This document shows positions 42,669 to 59,947 of a stretch of 64,000 bases of DNA, in pieces. Position numbers and translations under genes: made by a program. The DNA comes from Pseudomonadota bacterium. Its GTDB lineage: Bacteria; Pseudomonadota; Gammaproteobacteria; Xanthomonadales; Wenzhouxiangellaceae. Position 1 is the first letter of the stretch, and each line of letters starts with the position of its first letter. The notes below the pieces were generated by a model that did not search any database, had not been told where the DNA came from, and saw only the letters and a list, made by a program, of their open reading frames with translations. The stretch lies in contig CP053448.1 of NCBI GenBank assembly GCA_013285445.1, positions 2,523,530 to 2,587,529 of the forward strand, read 5' to 3'.

Positions 42669-42863
42669 TCAGGCTTCCTCGACTCGCACCAGGTAGTCAA
42701 CCTTGCGGATCATGCCGCGAATGGCCGGCGTGCCCTCAAGTTCGACAGTATGGTGCATGCGCCTCAGGCCCAGGCCCCGCACCGTTTCACGGTGCTTGCC
42801 GATGGTGCCGTTGACACTGCGCACCAGCGTGACGCGCAGTCTTGACTCTTTTTTCTTAGCCAT
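42669..42863 (-). CDS. rpmD: 50S ribosomal protein L30
   Basis: [35 protein letters not shown] from the ATG at 42863. Confidence 0.93.
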   Translation of the reverse strand: MAKKKESRLRVTLVRSVNGTIGKHRETVRGLGLRRMHHTVELEGTPAIRGMIRKVDYLVRVEEA

Positions 42864-43362
42864 GGTACTCGAGCACCTCTTCAATCGACTTGCCGCGCTT
42901 AAGCGCCACTTTTTCCGGCGACGCCATGCTCTGAAGACCCTTCAGCGTAGCTCGGACCAGGTTGATCGGGTTGTTGGATCCCAGGCTCTTGGCCAGCACA
43001 TCGTGCACGCCGACAGCCTCGAAAACCGCACGCATGGGTCCACCAGCGATGACTCCGGTACCTCCGGAGGCCGGCTGCATGTAGACTCTCGAACCGCTGT
43101 GACTGGCCTTGATCGGGTGCCACAACGTGCCTTCGTTGAGGCTGATGCGCACCATGTCTCGCCGTGCCCGTTCCATGGCCTTCTGAATGGCCAGCGGCAC
43201 TTCTCGCGCCTTGCCATACCCGAAGCCGACCTTGCCTTCGCCGTCGCCGACCACCGTCAGCGCGGTGAAGCTGAACTGACGGCCGCCCTTGACAACCTTG
43301 ACCACGCGGTTGACTGCAACCAGCTTCTCGATCAGGTCGTCTGTGCTGTTGTCTCTAGCCAT
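42856..43362 (-). CDS. rpsE: 30S ribosomal protein S5
   Basis: [44 protein letters not shown]. Confidence 0.97.
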   Translation of the reverse strand: MARDNSTDDLIEKLVAVNRVVKVVKGGRQFSFTALTVVGDGEGKVGFGYGKAREVPLAIQKAMERARRDMVRISLNEGTLWHPIKASHSGSRVYMQPASGGTGVIAGGPMRAVFEAVGVHDVLAKSLGSNNPINLVRATLKGLQSMASPEKVALKRGKSIEEVLEYHG

Positions 43363-43378
43363 ATCGATTCCGTATGCG

Positions 43379-43735
43379 TTAAAACTTCAGACCGGCTTCA
43401 CGCGCGGCGTCCGCCAGTGCCTTGACGCGCCCGTGATATTTAAATCCCGAGCGATCGAAGGCCACGGCTTCCACGCCTGCCGCCAGGCCACGTTCGGCCA
43501 CCGTTCGGCCAACCAGCTCGGCCGCTTCAACACTGCAGGTACTCTTGAGGCCTTCGGCAACGTCCTTCTGCAGGGTCGATGCCGCGGCCAGCGTCCTGCC
43601 ACCGCCGGGGGCGATGATCTGGGCATAAATATGCCGCCCGGAACGATGAACGGTCAGACGCGCCTGTCCAGACCGCTGAATCCGGGCCCGGTTCCTGCGG
43701 CTTCTTCTCAGCCGTGAGAGATTCTTGTCCTTCAT
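43379..43735 (-). CDS. rplR: 50S ribosomal protein L18
   Basis: [16 protein letters not shown]...[26 protein letters not shown]. Confidence 0.97.
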   Translation of the reverse strand: MKDKNLSRLRRSRRNRARIQRSGQARLTVHRSGRHIYAQIIAPGGGRTLAAASTLQKDVAEGLKSTCSVEAAELVGRTVAERGLAAGVEAVAFDRSGFKYHGRVKALADAAREAGLKF

Positions 43736-43745
43736 GATCCTTTCC

Positions 43746-44273
43746 TCAAGCCTTCTTGGCTTCCTTCATGATGACGCGTTCGTCCGCGTAGCGCACACCC
43801 TTGCCCTTGTAGGGCTCCGGCGGCCGGTAACCGCGAATCTTGGCCGCGACCTGGCCAACCAGCTGCTTGTCGCTACCCCGAACCAGAATTTCCGTCTGAC
43901 TCGGTGTCTCGACGCTGACTCCATCCGGGATATCGAAATCAATGGGATGGCTGAAGCCAAGCTGTAGATTGAGCTTTTTGCCCTGCATCTGGGCGCGATA
44001 GCCAACGCCGCGCAGCTCGAGTTTCTTTTCGAAGCCGTCGGTGACGCCATGTACCATGTTGGCAATCAAGGCACGCATCGTCCCGGCCATCGCCATGGTC
44101 CCGCCCTCTTGCGGCGCAACACTGATCGTGTCGTCGTCGAGACTGACGGACACGCTCGGGTGCAGCTTCATCTCAAGCTCGCCCTTGCTGCCCTTGACCC
44201 TGACCACGCCGTCGCTGTGGCTGAACTCGACGCCCTTGGGCAGCAGGATTGGGGCACTGGCTATTCTCGACAT
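43746..44273 (-). CDS. rplF: 50S ribosomal protein L6
   Basis: [17 protein letters not shown]... from the ATG at 44273. Confidence 0.95.
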   Translation of the reverse strand: MSRIASAPILLPKGVEFSHSDGVVRVKGSKGELEMKLHPSVSVSLDDDTISVAPQEGGTMAMAGTMRALIANMVHGVTDGFEKKLELRGVGYRAQMQGKKLNLQLGFSHPIDFDIPDGVSVETPSQTEILVRGSDKQLVGQVAAKIRGYRPPEPYKGKGVRYADERVIMKEAKKA

Positions 44274-44296
44274 TGTTCGTTTCTCCGATAACTCGA

Positions 44297-44692
44297 TCAG
44301 GCGACCAGGCACAGCACTTCACCGCCATGCCCCTCTGTGCGTGCCTGGCGATCCGTCATCACGCCGCGCGACGTGCTGACGATGGCCACGCCCAGACCAT
44401 TGAGAACGCGTGGCAGTTCGTCCTTGCCGCAATAGTCGCGCCGGCTGGGCCGACTGTAGCGATCCAGTCGGTCAATCACGCCGCGCCCCTCGATGTACTT
44501 CAGATCAATCACGAGGGTGTGCTTGGCGTCCTGTTCCTCGACCTGGAAGTCACGGATATAGCCCTCGTCCTTCAGCACCTGGCTGATCGCAACCTTCACC
44601 TTCGAGGCCGGGATACTGACGCTGCGCTTGCTGACCGCCTGCGCGTTCTTGATGCGCGCCAGCATATCGGCAATGGGATCACTCATGCTCAT
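44297..44692 (-). CDS. rpsH: 30S ribosomal protein S8
   Basis: [18 protein letters not shown]... from the ATG at 44692. The listed upstream extension overlaps rpsN. Confidence 0.95.
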   Translation of the reverse strand: MSMSDPIADMLARIKNAQAVSKRSVSIPASKVKVAISQVLKDEGYIRDFQVEEQDAKHTLVIDLKYIEGRGVIDRLDRYSRPSRRDYCGKDELPRVLNGLGVAIVSTSRGVMTDRQARTEGHGGEVLCLVA

Positions 44693-44702
44693 GCCTTTCT
44701 CC

Positions 44703-45008
44703 TTACCAGCTGGCCTTGCGCAGGCCCGGAATATCGCCACGCATGGCGGCTTCGCGCAGCTTGTTGCGGCCCAGGCCAAATTTGCGGTAATAACCGCGCG
44801 GACGACCCGACTGTCGACAGCGATTGCGCTGGCGTACTGCCGCGGAGTCACGCGGCAGCTTGTTGAGCTTGTGCATCGCCTCCTGCTTCTCCTCAAAACC
44901 GACTTCCGGGTCGGCAATGATCCGCTTGAGCTCTGCACGCTTCTGGGCGTGACGGGTCACCAGCTTGGTTCGCCGGACGTCACGCTCAACCATTGAAATC
45001 TTTGCCAT
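44703..45008 (-). CDS. rpsN: 30S ribosomal protein S14 (long, non-zinc form)
   Basis: [17 protein letters not shown]...[11 protein letters not shown]. Confidence 0.97.
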   Translation of the reverse strand: MAKISMVERDVRRTKLVTRHAQKRAELKRIIADPEVGFEEKQEAMHKLNKLPRDSAAVRQRNRCRQSGRPRGYYRKFGLGRNKLREAAMRGDIPGLRKASW

Positions 45009-45023
45009 ATTGCTGTCCTCTCC

Positions 45024-45566
45024 TTACTTCGCCCGGAACGGGAAACCGAACGACTCAAGCAGCGCAGCGCCCTCATCGTCGGTCGCTGCCGTTGTCGTTA
45101 TGGCGATATCCATACCCCGAATTGCGTCAACCTGATCGTAGTTGATCTCCGGAAAAATAATCTGCTCGCGCACTCCAAGATTGAAATTGCCCCGGCCATC
45201 AAACGATTTGCGCGGAACACCACGAAAATCGCGCACCCGCGGCAAGGCGATGTTGATCAGCCGGTCAAAAAACTCGTACATGCGCTCACGGCGCAGCGTA
45301 ACCATGCAGCCGATCGGGTAATCGTCCCGGATCTTGAAGCTCGCAACCGACTTGCGCGCCTTGGTCACAACCGGCCGCTGACCGGCGATCTTGGTCATGT
45401 CTGAAACGGCGTGCTCGATGACCTTCTTGTCGCCAACGGCCTCGCCCACACCCATGTTGATAGTGATCTTCTGCAAACGCGGCACCTGCATTGGATTGGC
45501 ATAGCCGAACCGTTCGGTCAGCTGGCCGACGACGGTATCGTTGTAATATTGCTGCAACCTGACCAT
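45024..45566 (-). CDS. rplE: 50S ribosomal protein L5
   Basis: [41 protein letters not shown]. Confidence 0.97.
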   Translation of the reverse strand: MVRLQQYYNDTVVGQLTERFGYANPMQVPRLQKITINMGVGEAVGDKKVIEHAVSDMTKIAGQRPVVTKARKSVASFKIRDDYPIGCMVTLRRERMYEFFDRLINIALPRVRDFRGVPRKSFDGRGNFNLGVREQIIFPEINYDQVDAIRGMDIAITTTAATDDEGAALLESFGFPFRAK

Positions 45567-45577
45567 TGTTTTCGCCT

Positions 45578-45895
45578 TTAGATATCCACGACTTCGCCGG
45601 TGGAGCGATAAAAGCGCACCTTGCGACCGTCTTCCAGAAACTTGAACCCGACCCGATCGCCCTTGCCGGTCGACGGGTTGTACAACATCACGTTCGATGC
45701 ATCAATTGGCGCCTCGCGCTCGATAATGCCGCCAGGCTTCTGGCTCTGGGGATCGGGCTTCTGATGGCGCTTGACCATGTTGACGTTTTCAACCAGAAAG
45801 CGCTGGTCCTTGAGCACTTTCAGCACGTGACCGCGCTGATTCTTGCTCCGGCCCGCAATCACGATCACTTCGTCGCCTTTGCGAATACGTTGCAT
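45578..45895 (-). CDS. rplX: 50S ribosomal protein L24
   Basis: [27 protein letters not shown]. Confidence 0.97.
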   Translation of the reverse strand: MQRIRKGDEVIVIAGRSKNQRGHVLKVLKDQRFLVENVNMVKRHQKPDPQSQKPGGIIEREAPIDASNVMLYNPSTGKGDRVGFKFLEDGRKVRFYRSTGEVVDI

Positions 45896-45905
45896 ATTGA
45901 ACTCC

Positions 45906-46274
45906 TTACAGGACTTCCGGGGCCAGTGACACGATCTTCATGAACTGCCCGGTGCGCAATTCTCGCGTGACCGGCCCGAAAATACGCGTGCCGATCGGTT
46001 CAAGTTTGTTGTTGAGCAGCACGGCGGCATTGCCGTCGAAACGGATCAACGAACCGTCACGACGCCGCACGCCCTTGGCAGTGCGCACGACCACGGCATT
46101 GTAGACTTCACCCTTCTTGACCTTGCCGCGCGGAATCGCATCCTTGACCGTGACCTTGATGACATCACCAATGCTGGCATAACGGCGCTTGGATCCACCC
46201 AGCACCTTGATGCACTGCAGCTCGCGCGCTCCGCTGTTATCAGCTGCCGACAACCTGGATTGCATCTGAATCAT
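45906..46274 (-). CDS. rplN: 50S ribosomal protein L14
   Basis: [28 protein letters not shown]. Confidence 0.97.
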   Translation of the reverse strand: MIQMQSRLSAADNSGARELQCIKVLGGSKRRYASIGDVIKVTVKDAIPRGKVKKGEVYNAVVVRTAKGVRRRDGSLIRFDGNAAVLLNNKLEPIGTRIFGPVTRELRTGQFMKIVSLAPEVL

Positions 46275-46288
46275 GACACTTGCTCCGA

Positions 46289-46549
46289 TTACTGTGCCCG
46301 CTCGACGACTTCGATGACGCGCCAGGCCTTGGTTTTCGACATGGGCCGAGTCTGTTCGATCAGAACGGTATCGCCCTCGTTGCAGCTGTTGTCCGGATCG
46401 TGGGCATGCACCTTGCTGGACCGGCGAATGTACTTGCCGTAGAGCGGATGCTTGACCAGGCGCTCGAGACGCACTGTGACCGTCTTGTCCATCTTGTTAC
46501 TGACAACGCGTCCGGTCAGACTGCGCTGCTTGCGATCTTCGCCACTCAT
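46289..46549 (-). CDS. rpsQ: 30S ribosomal protein S17
   Basis: [43 protein letters not shown]. Confidence 0.97.
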   Translation of the reverse strand: MSGEDRKQRSLTGRVVSNKMDKTVTVRLERLVKHPLYGKYIRRSSKVHAHDPDNSCNEGDTVLIEQTRPMSKTKAWRVIEVVERAQ

Positions 46550-46743
46550 GCGTTGCTTTCCTGCTTCTGGTTAAGCACAGTCTTGACCCGTGCAATGTCC
46601 TTGCGCACCCGTCGCAGCTCGTGCGGCCCACCGAGTTGTCCGGTACCATGCTGCATGCGCAGCGAGAACTGCTCCTTGCGCAACCCGATCAGGATTTCGT
46701 GGAGCTCGACGGCACTCTTCTGTCGCAGTTCACTGGCTTCCAT
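46546..46743 (-). CDS. rpmC: 50S ribosomal protein L29
   Basis: [27 protein letters not shown]. Confidence 0.95.
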   Translation of the reverse strand: MEASELRQKSAVELHEILIGLRKEQFSLRMQHGTGQLGGPHELRRVRKDIARVKTVLNQKQESNA

Positions 46744-47153
46744 TACATCGTCCTCGACACGAAGGCTGTCTGTACACTCAGTTTTGCGGCAGCGCGGCGA
46801 AACGCTTCACGCGCCACATCCTCGCTGACGCCCTGAATCTCGTAAATGACTCGTCCCGGCTGCACCGGAGCGACCCAGAACTCGACGTTACCCTTGCCCT
46901 TGCCCATGCGAACCTCGACCGGCTTCTTGGTCACAGGCTTGTCGGGAAAAACGCGAATCCAGAGCTTTCCGCCGCGCTTGACGTGACGTGTAATCGCCCG
47001 ACGCGCCGATTCGATCTGACGCGCAGTCAGGAATCCGCGGGTCGTCGCCTGCAGGCCGAACTCACCGAAACTGACGCGGTTACCGACATGCGCCAGCCCG
47101 CGATTGCGGCCTTTCTGCTGCTTTCTGAACTTGGTTCGCTTGGGCTGCAGCAT
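46743..47153 (-). CDS. rplP: 50S ribosomal protein L16
   Basis: [21 protein letters not shown]. Confidence 0.97.
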   Translation of the reverse strand: MLQPKRTKFRKQQKGRNRGLAHVGNRVSFGEFGLQATTRGFLTARQIESARRAITRHVKRGGKLWIRVFPDKPVTKKPVEVRMGKGKGNVEFWVAPVQPGRVIYEIQGVSEDVAREAFRRAAAKLSVQTAFVSRTM

Positions 47154-47156
47154 GGA

Positions 47157-47846
47157 TCAATTCTCCTTGCGGGCACCGCCACCGGACGGCGCCTGTTCCG
47201 ATTGTTTCTCGGCATACAGATCGAATACCTCGCCCTTGTATACCCAGACCTTGATACCGATAACACCGTATGTCGTGGCTGCTTCGGCAACGCCGTAATC
47301 GACATCAGCGCGCAGCGTATGCAGCGGGACACGGCCTTCGCGGTACCATTCCGTACGGGCAATATCAGCACCGTTGAGACGGCCTGCAACCTGCACCTTG
47401 ATGCCGAGCGCGCCCAGTCGCATCGCATTGCCGACCGCCCGCTTCATGGCGCGGCGAAACATGACGCGTCGCTCCAGCTGTTGCGCAATACTGTCAGCAA
47501 CCAGCTTGGCGTCGAGCTCCGGCTTGCGGATCTCGTTGACGCGGATATGCGTTGGAACACCCATGATCTGGCTGACCTTGGCCCGCAGCCGTTCGATATC
47601 CTCGCCCTTCTTGCCGATCACGATGCCCGGACGGGCGGTATGAATCGTGATCTCGGCCGATTTGGCCGGACGTTCGATCTCGATTCGACTGACCGCGGCG
47701 TGAGCCAGCGTTTTGTTCAGGAACTCGCGTGCCTTGAGATCGGTATTGAGGTACTCGGCAAAGTCATCCGCTTCCGCGTACCACTTCGCGCTCCAGTCCC
47801 TGGCAATTCCCAGACGAATTCCGGTTGGATGGACTTTCTGACCCAT
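47157..47846 (-). CDS. rpsC: 30S ribosomal protein S3
   Basis: [24 protein letters not shown]. Confidence 0.97.
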   Translation of the reverse strand: MGQKVHPTGIRLGIARDWSAKWYAEADDFAEYLNTDLKAREFLNKTLAHAAVSRIEIERPAKSAEITIHTARPGIVIGKKGEDIERLRAKVSQIMGVPTHIRVNEIRKPELDAKLVADSIAQQLERRVMFRRAMKRAVGNAMRLGALGIKVQVAGRLNGADIARTEWYREGRVPLHTLRADVDYGVAEAATTYGVIGIKVWVYKGEVFDLYAEKQSEQAPSGGGARKEN

Positions 47847-47848
47847 GA

Positions 47849-48184
47849 TTAATCCTCTGCCACGACAATCGTGATGTGACTGGTTCGCTTGAGAATGCGC
47901 GAGAAACGACCCTTGGCGCGCGGCATGCCTCGCTTGAAGGTCGGGCCTTCATCGACATAGATCGTGCGCACCTTCAGCTCATCGACATCAGCGCCACTGT
48001 TGTGCTCGGCATTGGCAATGGCCGACATCAGTACCTTGCGCACGATATGTGCGGCCTTCTTGTTGCTGAACGTCAGCACTTCCTCGGCCCGCTCGACCGG
48101 CAGCCCGCGAATCTGATCAGCCACCAACCGCGCCTTCTGCGGCGAAATCCGTGCTCCCTTGAGCCTCGCTGTCGTTTCCATCAC
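47849..48184 (-). CDS. rplV: 50S ribosomal protein L22
   Basis: [23 protein letters not shown]. Confidence 0.97.
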   Translation of the reverse strand: MMETTARLKGARISPQKARLVADQIRGLPVERAEEVLTFSNKKAAHIVRKVLMSAIANAEHNSGADVDELKVRTIYVDEGPTFKRGMPRAKGRFSRILKRTSHITIVVAED

Positions 48185-48199
48185 GGTATCAACCTTTCG

Positions 48200-48472
48200 T
48201 TACTTGGTTCGGCGGTCACCACTGTGACCCTTGAACGTCCGTGTCGGCGCAAATTCACCGAGCTTGTGACCAACCATATTCTCGTTGATCAGTATCGGCA
48301 CATGCTGCCGGCCGTTATGCACGGCAATGGTCAGACCGACCATATCCGGCAGAATCATCGAGCGACGCGACCAGGTCTTGATCGGGCGTCGGCTGTTGGC
48401 TTCGATGGCCGCCTGCACCTTGGCGTGCAGATGATGATCGACAAACGGCCCTTTCTTGATCGAACGTGGCAT
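48200..48472 (-). CDS. rpsS: 30S ribosomal protein S19
   Basis: [15 protein letters not shown]... from the ATG at 48472. The listed extension runs into rplB. Confidence 0.95.
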   Translation of the reverse strand: MPRSIKKGPFVDHHLHAKVQAAIEANSRRPIKTWSRRSMILPDMVGLTIAVHNGRQHVPILINENMVGHKLGEFAPTRTFKGHSGDRRTK

Positions 48473-48485
48473 GACTGATGTCCTG

Positions 48486-49313
48486 TTACTTGCGCTTGCG
48501 TGGACGCGAAATGTACTTGCTGGTGCGCTTGTTGACCCGGGTGCGCTTGCCCTTGGTCGGCTGCCCCCAAGGCGTAACCGGGTGCCGGCCGCCGGAGGTC
48601 CGGCCTTCACCACCACCGTGTGGATGGTCAACCGGGTTCATGGCGACGCCACGCACGGTCGGCCGCACGCCACGCCAGCGCTTCGCGCCGGCCTTGCCCA
48701 GCTTTTCCAGGTTGTGCTCAACGTTGGCAACCTGGCCAATCGTGGCCCGGCAGCGGCAGTGGATCTTGCGCATCTCGCCCGAGCGCAGCAGCACGGTTGC
48801 GTACTGGCCTTCACGCGCCACCAGCTGCACCGACGCACCGGCGCTACGGGCAAGCTGGCCGCCCTTGCCGGGCTTGAGTTCCACATTGTGGATCTGTGTG
48901 CCGACCGGTATCGAACGCAGCGACATCGCGTTGCCCGGCTTGATCGGCGCCTCGGAACCGCTGAGGATCTCATCACCCGCGCGCACATGACGTGGCGCAA
49001 GAATGTAGCGACGCTCACCGTCCAGATACTTGATCAGCGCAATATGCGCGCTGCGGTTCGGATCGTACTCGATGCGTTCGACCGTGCCGCGCACGCCGTC
49101 CTTGCAGCGCTTGAAATCAATCTGGCGATAGTGGTGCTTGTGCGCGCCACCCCGATGTCGCGTGGTGATGCGTCCGGCGTTGTTACGTCCGCCCGTCGAG
49201 CCCTGCGCAGTGACTAGCGGCGCATGCGGCTTGCCCTTCCACAGATAGTCGTGCTTGATCTGCACGCGCCCGCGGCGGCCCGGTGATGTCGGTTTTGCCT
49301 TGACGATTGCCAT
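48486..49313 (-). CDS. rplB: 50S ribosomal protein L2
   Basis: [15 protein letters not shown]...[18 protein letters not shown]. Confidence 0.97.
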   Translation of the reverse strand: MAIVKAKPTSPGRRGRVQIKHDYLWKGKPHAPLVTAQGSTGGRNNAGRITTRHRGGAHKHHYRQIDFKRCKDGVRGTVERIEYDPNRSAHIALIKYLDGERRYILAPRHVRAGDEILSGSEAPIKPGNAMSLRSIPVGTQIHNVELKPGKGGQLARSAGASVQLVAREGQYATVLLRSGEMRKIHCRCRATIGQVANVEHNLEKLGKAGAKRWRGVRPTVRGVAMNPVDHPHGGGEGRTSGGRHPVTPWGQPTKGKRTRVNKRTSKYISRPRKRK

Positions 49314-49337
49314 GATTCTGATTCCCGGCTTGTTCCG

Positions 49338-49634
49338 TTAGTCCGTCTGCACTTCTTCGATTGTCTGGCCGCTCTTGACCCGCACATAGGCCTTCTTCCA
49401 GCCCTGCTGTCGACCCGGCATCATGCGAAAGCTCTTGCGCTTTCCCTTGACATTGATTACACGCACCAGCTCGACATCCACCTCGAACAGCTTTTCAACG
49501 GCAGACTTGATTTCGGACTTGGTTGCATCCGAGCGCACTTCGAACACGTACTGGTTCGAATCAGCCTGCAACCGCGCCGTCTTTTCCGACACGTGCGGCA
49601 GTCGGATGACCTGGTAGATGCGTTCGCTGTTCAT
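49338..49634 (-). CDS. rplW: 50S ribosomal protein L23
   Basis: [19 protein letters not shown]... The ATG at 49634 overlaps the rplD stop (ATGA). An alternative ATG lies at 49643. Confidence 0.93.
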   Translation of the reverse strand: MNSERIYQVIRLPHVSEKTARLQADSNQYVFEVRSDATKSEIKSAVEKLFEVDVELVRVINVKGKRKSFRMMPGRQQGWKKAYVRVKSGQTIEEVQTD

Positions 49635-50233
49635 GCCAGCCACTCCTGAATCCTCTTGATTGCGCCGGCGGTCATCAGCACCTGATCGGCAGCCACCAGG
49701 CTGACCGGATTGAGCCCATCGACCGACAGCACCTGAACGGCGGGCAGATTACGACTACCCAGGTAAAGGTTGGTATCCAGCTCAACGTCGACGATCAAGC
49801 CGCGCTCGAACCCGAGCTTGGCGAGCTGCTCAACAACCGCCCGGGTCTTCGGCTCGTCGATGCTCAAGGTCTCGACGACCAGCAGACGGTCCTGGCGCAC
49901 AAGCTCGGACAGAATGGAGCGAATGGCAGCCCGATACTGCTTGCGGTTGACCTTCTGGCCATGATCACGCGGCTGGGCTGCAAAGGTCACGCCGCCACTG
50001 CGCCACAACGGGCTGCGGATCGTACCGGCGCGGGCATTGCCCGTGCCCTTCTGGCGCCACGGCTTGCGCCCGCCGCCAGAGACCGCCGAGCGGTTTTTCT
50101 GAGCGCGCGTTCCCGAGCGGCCACCCGCCAGATAGGCGGTGACGACCTGGTGGACGAGCGGCTCTGAGAAGACCCGCCCGAACACGGCCTCGGAGACCTC
50201 GATCTTGCTGCCGCCGGTTACTGCGAGTTCCAT
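49631..50233 (-). CDS. rplD: 50S ribosomal protein L4
   Basis: [43 protein letters not shown]. Confidence 0.97.
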   Translation of the reverse strand: MELAVTGGSKIEVSEAVFGRVFSEPLVHQVVTAYLAGGRSGTRAQKNRSAVSGGGRKPWRQKGTGNARAGTIRSPLWRSGGVTFAAQPRDHGQKVNRKQYRAAIRSILSELVRQDRLLVVETLSIDEPKTRAVVEQLAKLGFERGLIVDVELDTNLYLGSRNLPAVQVLSVDGLNPVSLVAADQVLMTAGAIKRIQEWLA

Positions 50234-50244
50234 GACGTTCTCCT

Positions 50245-50883
50245 TTAGGCCTTGATCGACGGACGAATCATGACGTGACCACCCTTGGCACCGGGCACGG
50301 CACCCCGAATCAGCAGCAGGTTGCGCTCGCTGTCGACCTTGACGACCCGCAGGTTCAGAGTGGTCTGACGCTCGTCACCCATGTGGCCGGCCATCTTCTT
50401 GCCCTTGAACACGCGGCCCGGGGTCTGGCACTGGCCGATGGAGCCCGGCGCACGATGCGACAGGGAGTTGCCGTGGGTGGCGTCCTGCATGCGGAAATTG
50501 TGCCGCTTGACCACGCCGGCAAAGCCCTTGCCCTTGGTGGTGCCGGTCACGTCGACCTTCTGGCCGGCCTCGAAGCGCTCGACGGTCAGCTCGGCGCCGA
50601 TTTCCAGCCCCTCGCCTTCGTCGCCTTCGACGCGGAATTCCCACAGGCCCTCGCCGGCCTCGACACCCGCCTTCGCGAAGTGCCCGGCCAGGGGGCGGGA
50701 GACCAAAGACGTACGCCGGTTGCCGCAGGTCACCTGGATCGCGGCATAGCCGTCATTTTCTGCGTCCCGAATCTGGGTGATCCGGTTCGGGCTGACCTCG
50801 ATCACCGTCACGGGAACGGAATTACCGTCCTCTGTGAAGATGCGGGTCATGCCTCGTTTGCGTCCTACCAATCCGATTGCCAT
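50245..50883 (-). CDS. rplC: 50S ribosomal protein L3
   Basis: [20 protein letters not shown]... from the ATG at 50883. Confidence 0.95.
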   Translation of the reverse strand: MAIGLVGRKRGMTRIFTEDGNSVPVTVIEVSPNRITQIRDAENDGYAAIQVTCGNRRTSLVSRPLAGHFAKAGVEAGEGLWEFRVEGDEGEGLEIGAELTVERFEAGQKVDVTGTTKGKGFAGVVKRHNFRMQDATHGNSLSHRAPGSIGQCQTPGRVFKGKKMAGHMGDERQTTLNLRVVKVDSERNLLLIRGAVPGAKGGHVMIRPSIKA

Positions 50884-50897
50884 TGCTCTTCTCGCTA

Positions 50898-51209
50898 TCA
50901 ATACAGCTTGATCTGCACATCAACGCCCGCAGCCAGATCCAGCTTCATCAGGGCATCAACCGTCTTGTCGTTGGGATCGACAATATCCAGCAACCGCTTG
51001 TGAGTGCGAATTTCATACTGATCACGCGCATCCTTGTTGACATGCGGCGAAATGAGCACGGTATAGCGCTCCTTGCGCGTGGGCAGCGGGATGGGCCCGC
51101 GAACCTGGGCGCCCGTACGCTTGGCGGTATCCACGATTTCCTGCGTCGATCGGTCGATCAGACGGTGATCGAAACCCTTCAAACGAATACGGATTTTCTG
51201 TTCGGCCAT
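50898..51209 (-). CDS. rpsJ: 30S ribosomal protein S10
   Basis: [31 protein letters not shown]. Confidence 0.97.
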   Translation of the reverse strand: MAEQKIRIRLKGFDHRLIDRSTQEIVDTAKRTGAQVRGPIPLPTRKERYTVLISPHVNKDARDQYEIRTHKRLLDIVDPNDKTVDALMKLDLAAGVDVQIKLY

Positions 51210-51310
51210 TGCCGTACGCCTTCAGTCTGTTAAAGATCAAAATCTGTTCACCCGCCTTTCGGCAGGCACGTTGCGATCCCGAGAGATCGTCGGCCCCGGT
51301 GGGGCCTCTC

Positions 51311-51391
51311 GCGGTTTACGCTTTCCGGTTTCCGGTTTACGGTTCGCTTCGAGCCGGTCCCGTAAACCGTTTACCGTGCTCCGTAAACCGC
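51311..51391. repeat. heptamer inverted-repeat element D in the tuf-rpsJ spacer (S10 leader)
   Basis: The sequence is GCGGTTTACG CTTTCC GGTTTCC GGTTTAC GG ... CCGTAAACCG ... CGTAAACCGC. The outer 10-bp stem pairs 51311-51320 with 51382-51391. The inner 10-bp stem pairs 51333-51342 with 51360-51369. It starts 1 nt after the tuf stop. Confidence 0.8.
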
Positions 51392-52582
<1,191 letters not shown>

Positions 52583-52613
52583 ATCTGCTCTTCCTCTTCG
52601 TGTTCTTTCAGGC

Positions 52614-54707
52614 TCAGGCGCTCTTCTTCATCACTTGATCGGCTACGCTGTTGGGCGCTTCCTCGTACTGGAGAAACTCCATCACGTAGGTGGCACGGCC
52701 CTGCGTCATCGAACGAAGATCAGTGGCATAGCCAAACATCTCGGCCAGCGGCACGTTGGCACGGATGATCTTTCCGGCAGGCGCATCTTCCATGCCCTGC
52801 ACCATGCCGCGGCGGCGGTTAAGATCGCCCATGACGTCGCCCATGTAATCTTCAGGCGTGACCACCTCGACTTTCATGATCGGCTCAAGCAGCACCGGCC
52901 TGGCCTTGAGGGCACCATCCTTGAACGCCATCGAGCCGGCGATCTTGAACGCCATTTCGCTCGAATCGACTTCGTGGTAGGAGCCGTCAAACAGCGTCGC
53001 CCTGATGTCAACCATCGGATAACCCGCGAGCACGCCGCTTTGCATGGCCTCCTCGATACCCTTGCCGACCGAGCTGATGTAATCCTTGGGCACCACGCCA
53101 CCGACAATCTGGTCGACGAACTCGTAGCCGCCACCCTCGCCGTTGGGCTCCAGCCGGATCTTGACGTGCCCGTACTGGCCGCGACCGCCGGACTGGCGCA
53201 CGAACTTGCCTTCGGCCTCGACTGCCTGCCGGATGGTTTCGCGATAGGCGACCTGCGGCTTGCCGACATTGGCCTCGACCTTGAATTCACGCTTGAGTCG
53301 GTCAACGATGATATCCAGGTGCAGCTCACCCATGCCCCGAATGATCGTCTGCCCCGACTCCTGGTCGGTATGCACGCGGAACGATGGATCTTCCTGGGCC
53401 AGCTTGCCCAGGGCAATACCCATCTTTTCCTGATCTGCCTTGCTCTTGGGCTCGACCGCCACGGCAATCACCGGCTCCGGGAACTCCATTCGCTCCAGCG
53501 TGATGACATCGGACGGGTCACACAGGGTGTCTCCGGTGGTCACATCCTTCAGCCCCACAGCCGCGGCAATATCACCGGCCAGCACTTCCTTGATTTCCTC
53601 ACGCGTGTTGGAGTGCATCTGAAGCAGACGCCCAACACGCTCCTTCTTGCCCTTGACCGGGTTGAAAACCGTATCTCCGGCCTTGACCACACCGGAATAG
53701 ACACGGAAGAAGGTCAGCGATCCGACGTAGGGATCCGTGGCGATCTTGAACGCCAGCGCAGCAAAAGGCGCATTGTCCTCGGCCGGGCGCGTTTCTTCCT
53801 CATCATTTTCGCTGAGGCCGCGAATCGCCTTGACTTCGGTCGGCGACGGCATGTACTGGACGACAGCGTCAAGCAGCGCCTGCACGCCCTTGTTCTTGAA
53901 CGCGGTACCGCACAGCACCGGCACGATCTCGTTGGCCAGGGTCTGCTGGCGCAGACCGCTGATGATCTCTTCCTCATTGAGCTCGCCGCCTTCGAGATAC
54001 TTCTCCATGAGCGCCTCGGATGCCTCGGCCGCCGATTCGACCATGAACTCACGCGCCGCGGCAGCTTCGTCCGCGAGCTCAGCCGGGATATCGCGGGCCT
54101 CATAGGTCGTGCCCATGTTCTCCGAATCCCAGTAAATCGCGCGCATCCTGACCAGGTCAATGACGCCCTCGAAATGTTCTTCGGCACCGATCGGCAGCTG
54201 TATCGGCACCGGACGGCCGCCGAGGCGCTTCTTGATCTGTTCGACCACGCGCTGGAAGTTGGCGCCGGTCCGGTCCATCTTGTTGACAAACGCCATGCGC
54301 GGCACTTCGTACTTGCTTGCCTGCCGCCAAACCGTCTCGGACTGCGGCTCGACGCCGCCAACCGCACAGAAAACCGCAACCGCGCCGTCGAGCACGCGCA
54401 GCGACCGCTCGACCTCGATTGTGAAGTCAACGTGGCCCGGCGTATCGATGATGTTGATACGGTACTCCGGCCAGTTCTGGTCCATACCCTTCCAGAAACA
54501 GGTGGTCGCCGCCGACGTAATGGTGATGCCCCGCTCCTGCTCCTGCTCCATCCAGTCCATCACGGCGTTACCGTCATGGACCTCGCCAAGTTTGTGCGAA
54601 ACGCCGGTATAGAACAGAATGCGCTCGGTCGTCGTGGTCTTGCCGGCATCGATGTGGGCCATGATGCCGATATTCCGATAGCGCTCGATGGATACTTTGC
54701 GTGACAC
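52614..54707 (-). CDS. fusA: elongation factor G
   Basis: GTG at 54707 ([35 protein letters not shown]) lies ~9 nt after GAGG. That gives 697 aa. The listed 808-aa ORF runs upstream into rpsG. Confidence 0.95.
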   Translation of the reverse strand: MSRKVSIERYRNIGIMAHIDAGKTTTTERILFYTGVSHKLGEVHDGNAVMDWMEQEQERGITITSAATTCFWKGMDQNWPEYRINIIDTPGHVDFTIEVERSLRVLDGAVAVFCAVGGVEPQSETVWRQASKYEVPRMAFVNKMDRTGANFQRVVEQIKKRLGGRPVPIQLPIGAEEHFEGVIDLVRMRAIYWDSENMGTTYEARDIPAELADEAAAAREFMVESAAEASEALMEKYLEGGELNEEEIISGLRQQTLANEIVPVLCGTAFKNKGVQALLDAVVQYMPSPTEVKAIRGLSENDEEETRPAEDNAPFAALAFKIATDPYVGSLTFFRVYSGVVKAGDTVFNPVKGKKERVGRLLQMHSNTREEIKEVLAGDIAAAVGLKDVTTGDTLCDPSDVITLERMEFPEPVIAVAVEPKSKADQEKMGIALGKLAQEDPSFRVHTDQESGQTIIRGMGELHLDIIVDRLKREFKVEANVGKPQVAYRETIRQAVEAEGKFVRQSGGRGQYGHVKIRLEPNGEGGGYEFVDQIVGGVVPKDYISSVGKGIEEAMQSGVLAGYPMVDIRATLFDGSYHEVDSSEMAFKIAGSMAFKDGALKARPVLLEPIMKVEVVTPEDYMGDVMGDLNRRRGMVQGMEDAPAGKIIRANVPLAEMFGYATDLRSMTQGRATYVMEFLQYEEAPNSVADQVMKKSA

Positions 54708-54732
54708 GTCTGAAAACCTCGATAACTTGTGC

Positions 54733-55203
54733 TTACCAGCGGTAATGGGCAAAGGCCTTGTTGGCCTCGGCCATCCGATGGGTGTCTTCCCGCTTCTTGA
54801 CCGCCGCACCACGCTCTTCCATCGCGTCGAGCAACTCGCCGGCCAGACGCCGCGGCATGGTGTTCTCGCCCCGCTTGCGGGCCGCGTCGATGACCCAGCG
54901 CATGGCCAGCGCCTGCTGGCGCTTGGGACGCACCTCGACCGGCACCTGGTAGGTCGCACCACCGACGCGTCGCGACTTGACCTCGACGGCCGGACTGACG
55001 TGATCCAGCGCCTGCTCGATGGCATTGAGCGGCTCACCATGCCCGCGGCCCTCGATCTCCTCGATGGCCCCGTAGACGATGCGCTCGGCCACGGACTTCT
55101 TGCCGTCCTTCATCACCATGTTGATGAAACGGGTGATCATTTCGCTGCCGAACTTCGGGTCCGGCATGATGTCACGTTCAAAATTGGAGTGCTTGCGGGA
55201 CAT
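54733..55203 (-). CDS. rpsG: 30S ribosomal protein S7
   Basis: [40 protein letters not shown]. Confidence 0.97.
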   Translation of the reverse strand: MSRKHSNFERDIMPDPKFGSEMITRFINMVMKDGKKSVAERIVYGAIEEIEGRGHGEPLNAIEQALDHVSPAVEVKSRRVGGATYQVPVEVRPKRQQALAMRWVIDAARKRGENTMPRRLAGELLDAMEERGAAVKKREDTHRMAEANKAFAHYRW

Positions 55204-55214
55204 GGTTCAATCCG

Positions 55215-55589
55215 TCAGTTCTTGGGACGCTTGGCGCCGTACTTGGAGCGACCCTGGCGGCGATCACTGACCCCAGCCGTGTCGAGACTCCCGCGCACCG
55301 TGTGATAGCGAACGCCGGGCAGATCCTTGACCCGGCCGCCGCGAATCAGCACCACCGAGTGCTCCTGAAGGTTGTGGCCTTCACCCCCGATGTAGCTGGT
55401 CACTTCGTAACCGTTGGTCAATCGCACACGCGCCACCTTGCGCAAGGCCGAGTTCGGCTTTTTTGGCGTGGTGGTGTAGACGCGGGTACAAACGCCGCGC
55501 TTCTGGGGCGAAGCCTCCAGTGCCGGCACGTTCGATTTGTATTCCTTGGGCCGCCTTGGCTTGCGGACCAGCTGATTGATCGTCGCCAT
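55215..55589 (-). CDS. rpsL: 30S ribosomal protein S12
   Basis: [24 protein letters not shown]... from the ATG at 55589. Confidence 0.97.
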   Translation of the reverse strand: MATINQLVRKPRRPKEYKSNVPALEASPQKRGVCTRVYTTTPKKPNSALRKVARVRLTNGYEVTSYIGGEGHNLQEHSVVLIRGGRVKDLPGVRYHTVRGSLDTAGVSDRRQGRSKYGAKRPKN

Positions 55590-55620
55590 AACCTGTTCGG
55601 GGTCTGAAGAAAACAAACGA

Positions 55621-55640
55621 CAGGCCGCAAAACCGGCCTG
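55621..55640 (-). promoter_or_regulatory. terminator-like hairpin in the rpsL leader
   Basis: Minus strand: CAGGCCG-gttttg-CGGCCTG followed by TCGTTTGTTTTCTTC. It lies between the promoter below and the rpsL ATG. Confidence 0.4.
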
Positions 55641-55653
55641 CCGAAGAACGGGA

Positions 55654-55682
55654 ATTCTAAAGAGTTGCAGCAGGCATGTCAA
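55654..55682 (-). promoter_or_regulatory. sigma70 promoter of the str operon
   Basis: Minus strand: TTGACA (55682-55677), a 17-nt spacer, then TAGAAT (55659-55654), about 65 nt upstream of rpsL. Confidence 0.65.
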
Positions 55683-55721
55683 GCACTGCCGACTCGGCGC
55701 CCGGACCGGGCCGGCCGGAGA

Positions 55722-59927
<4,206 letters not shown>

Positions 59928-59947
59928 TTGCTGCCTCCTCTGAGAAA

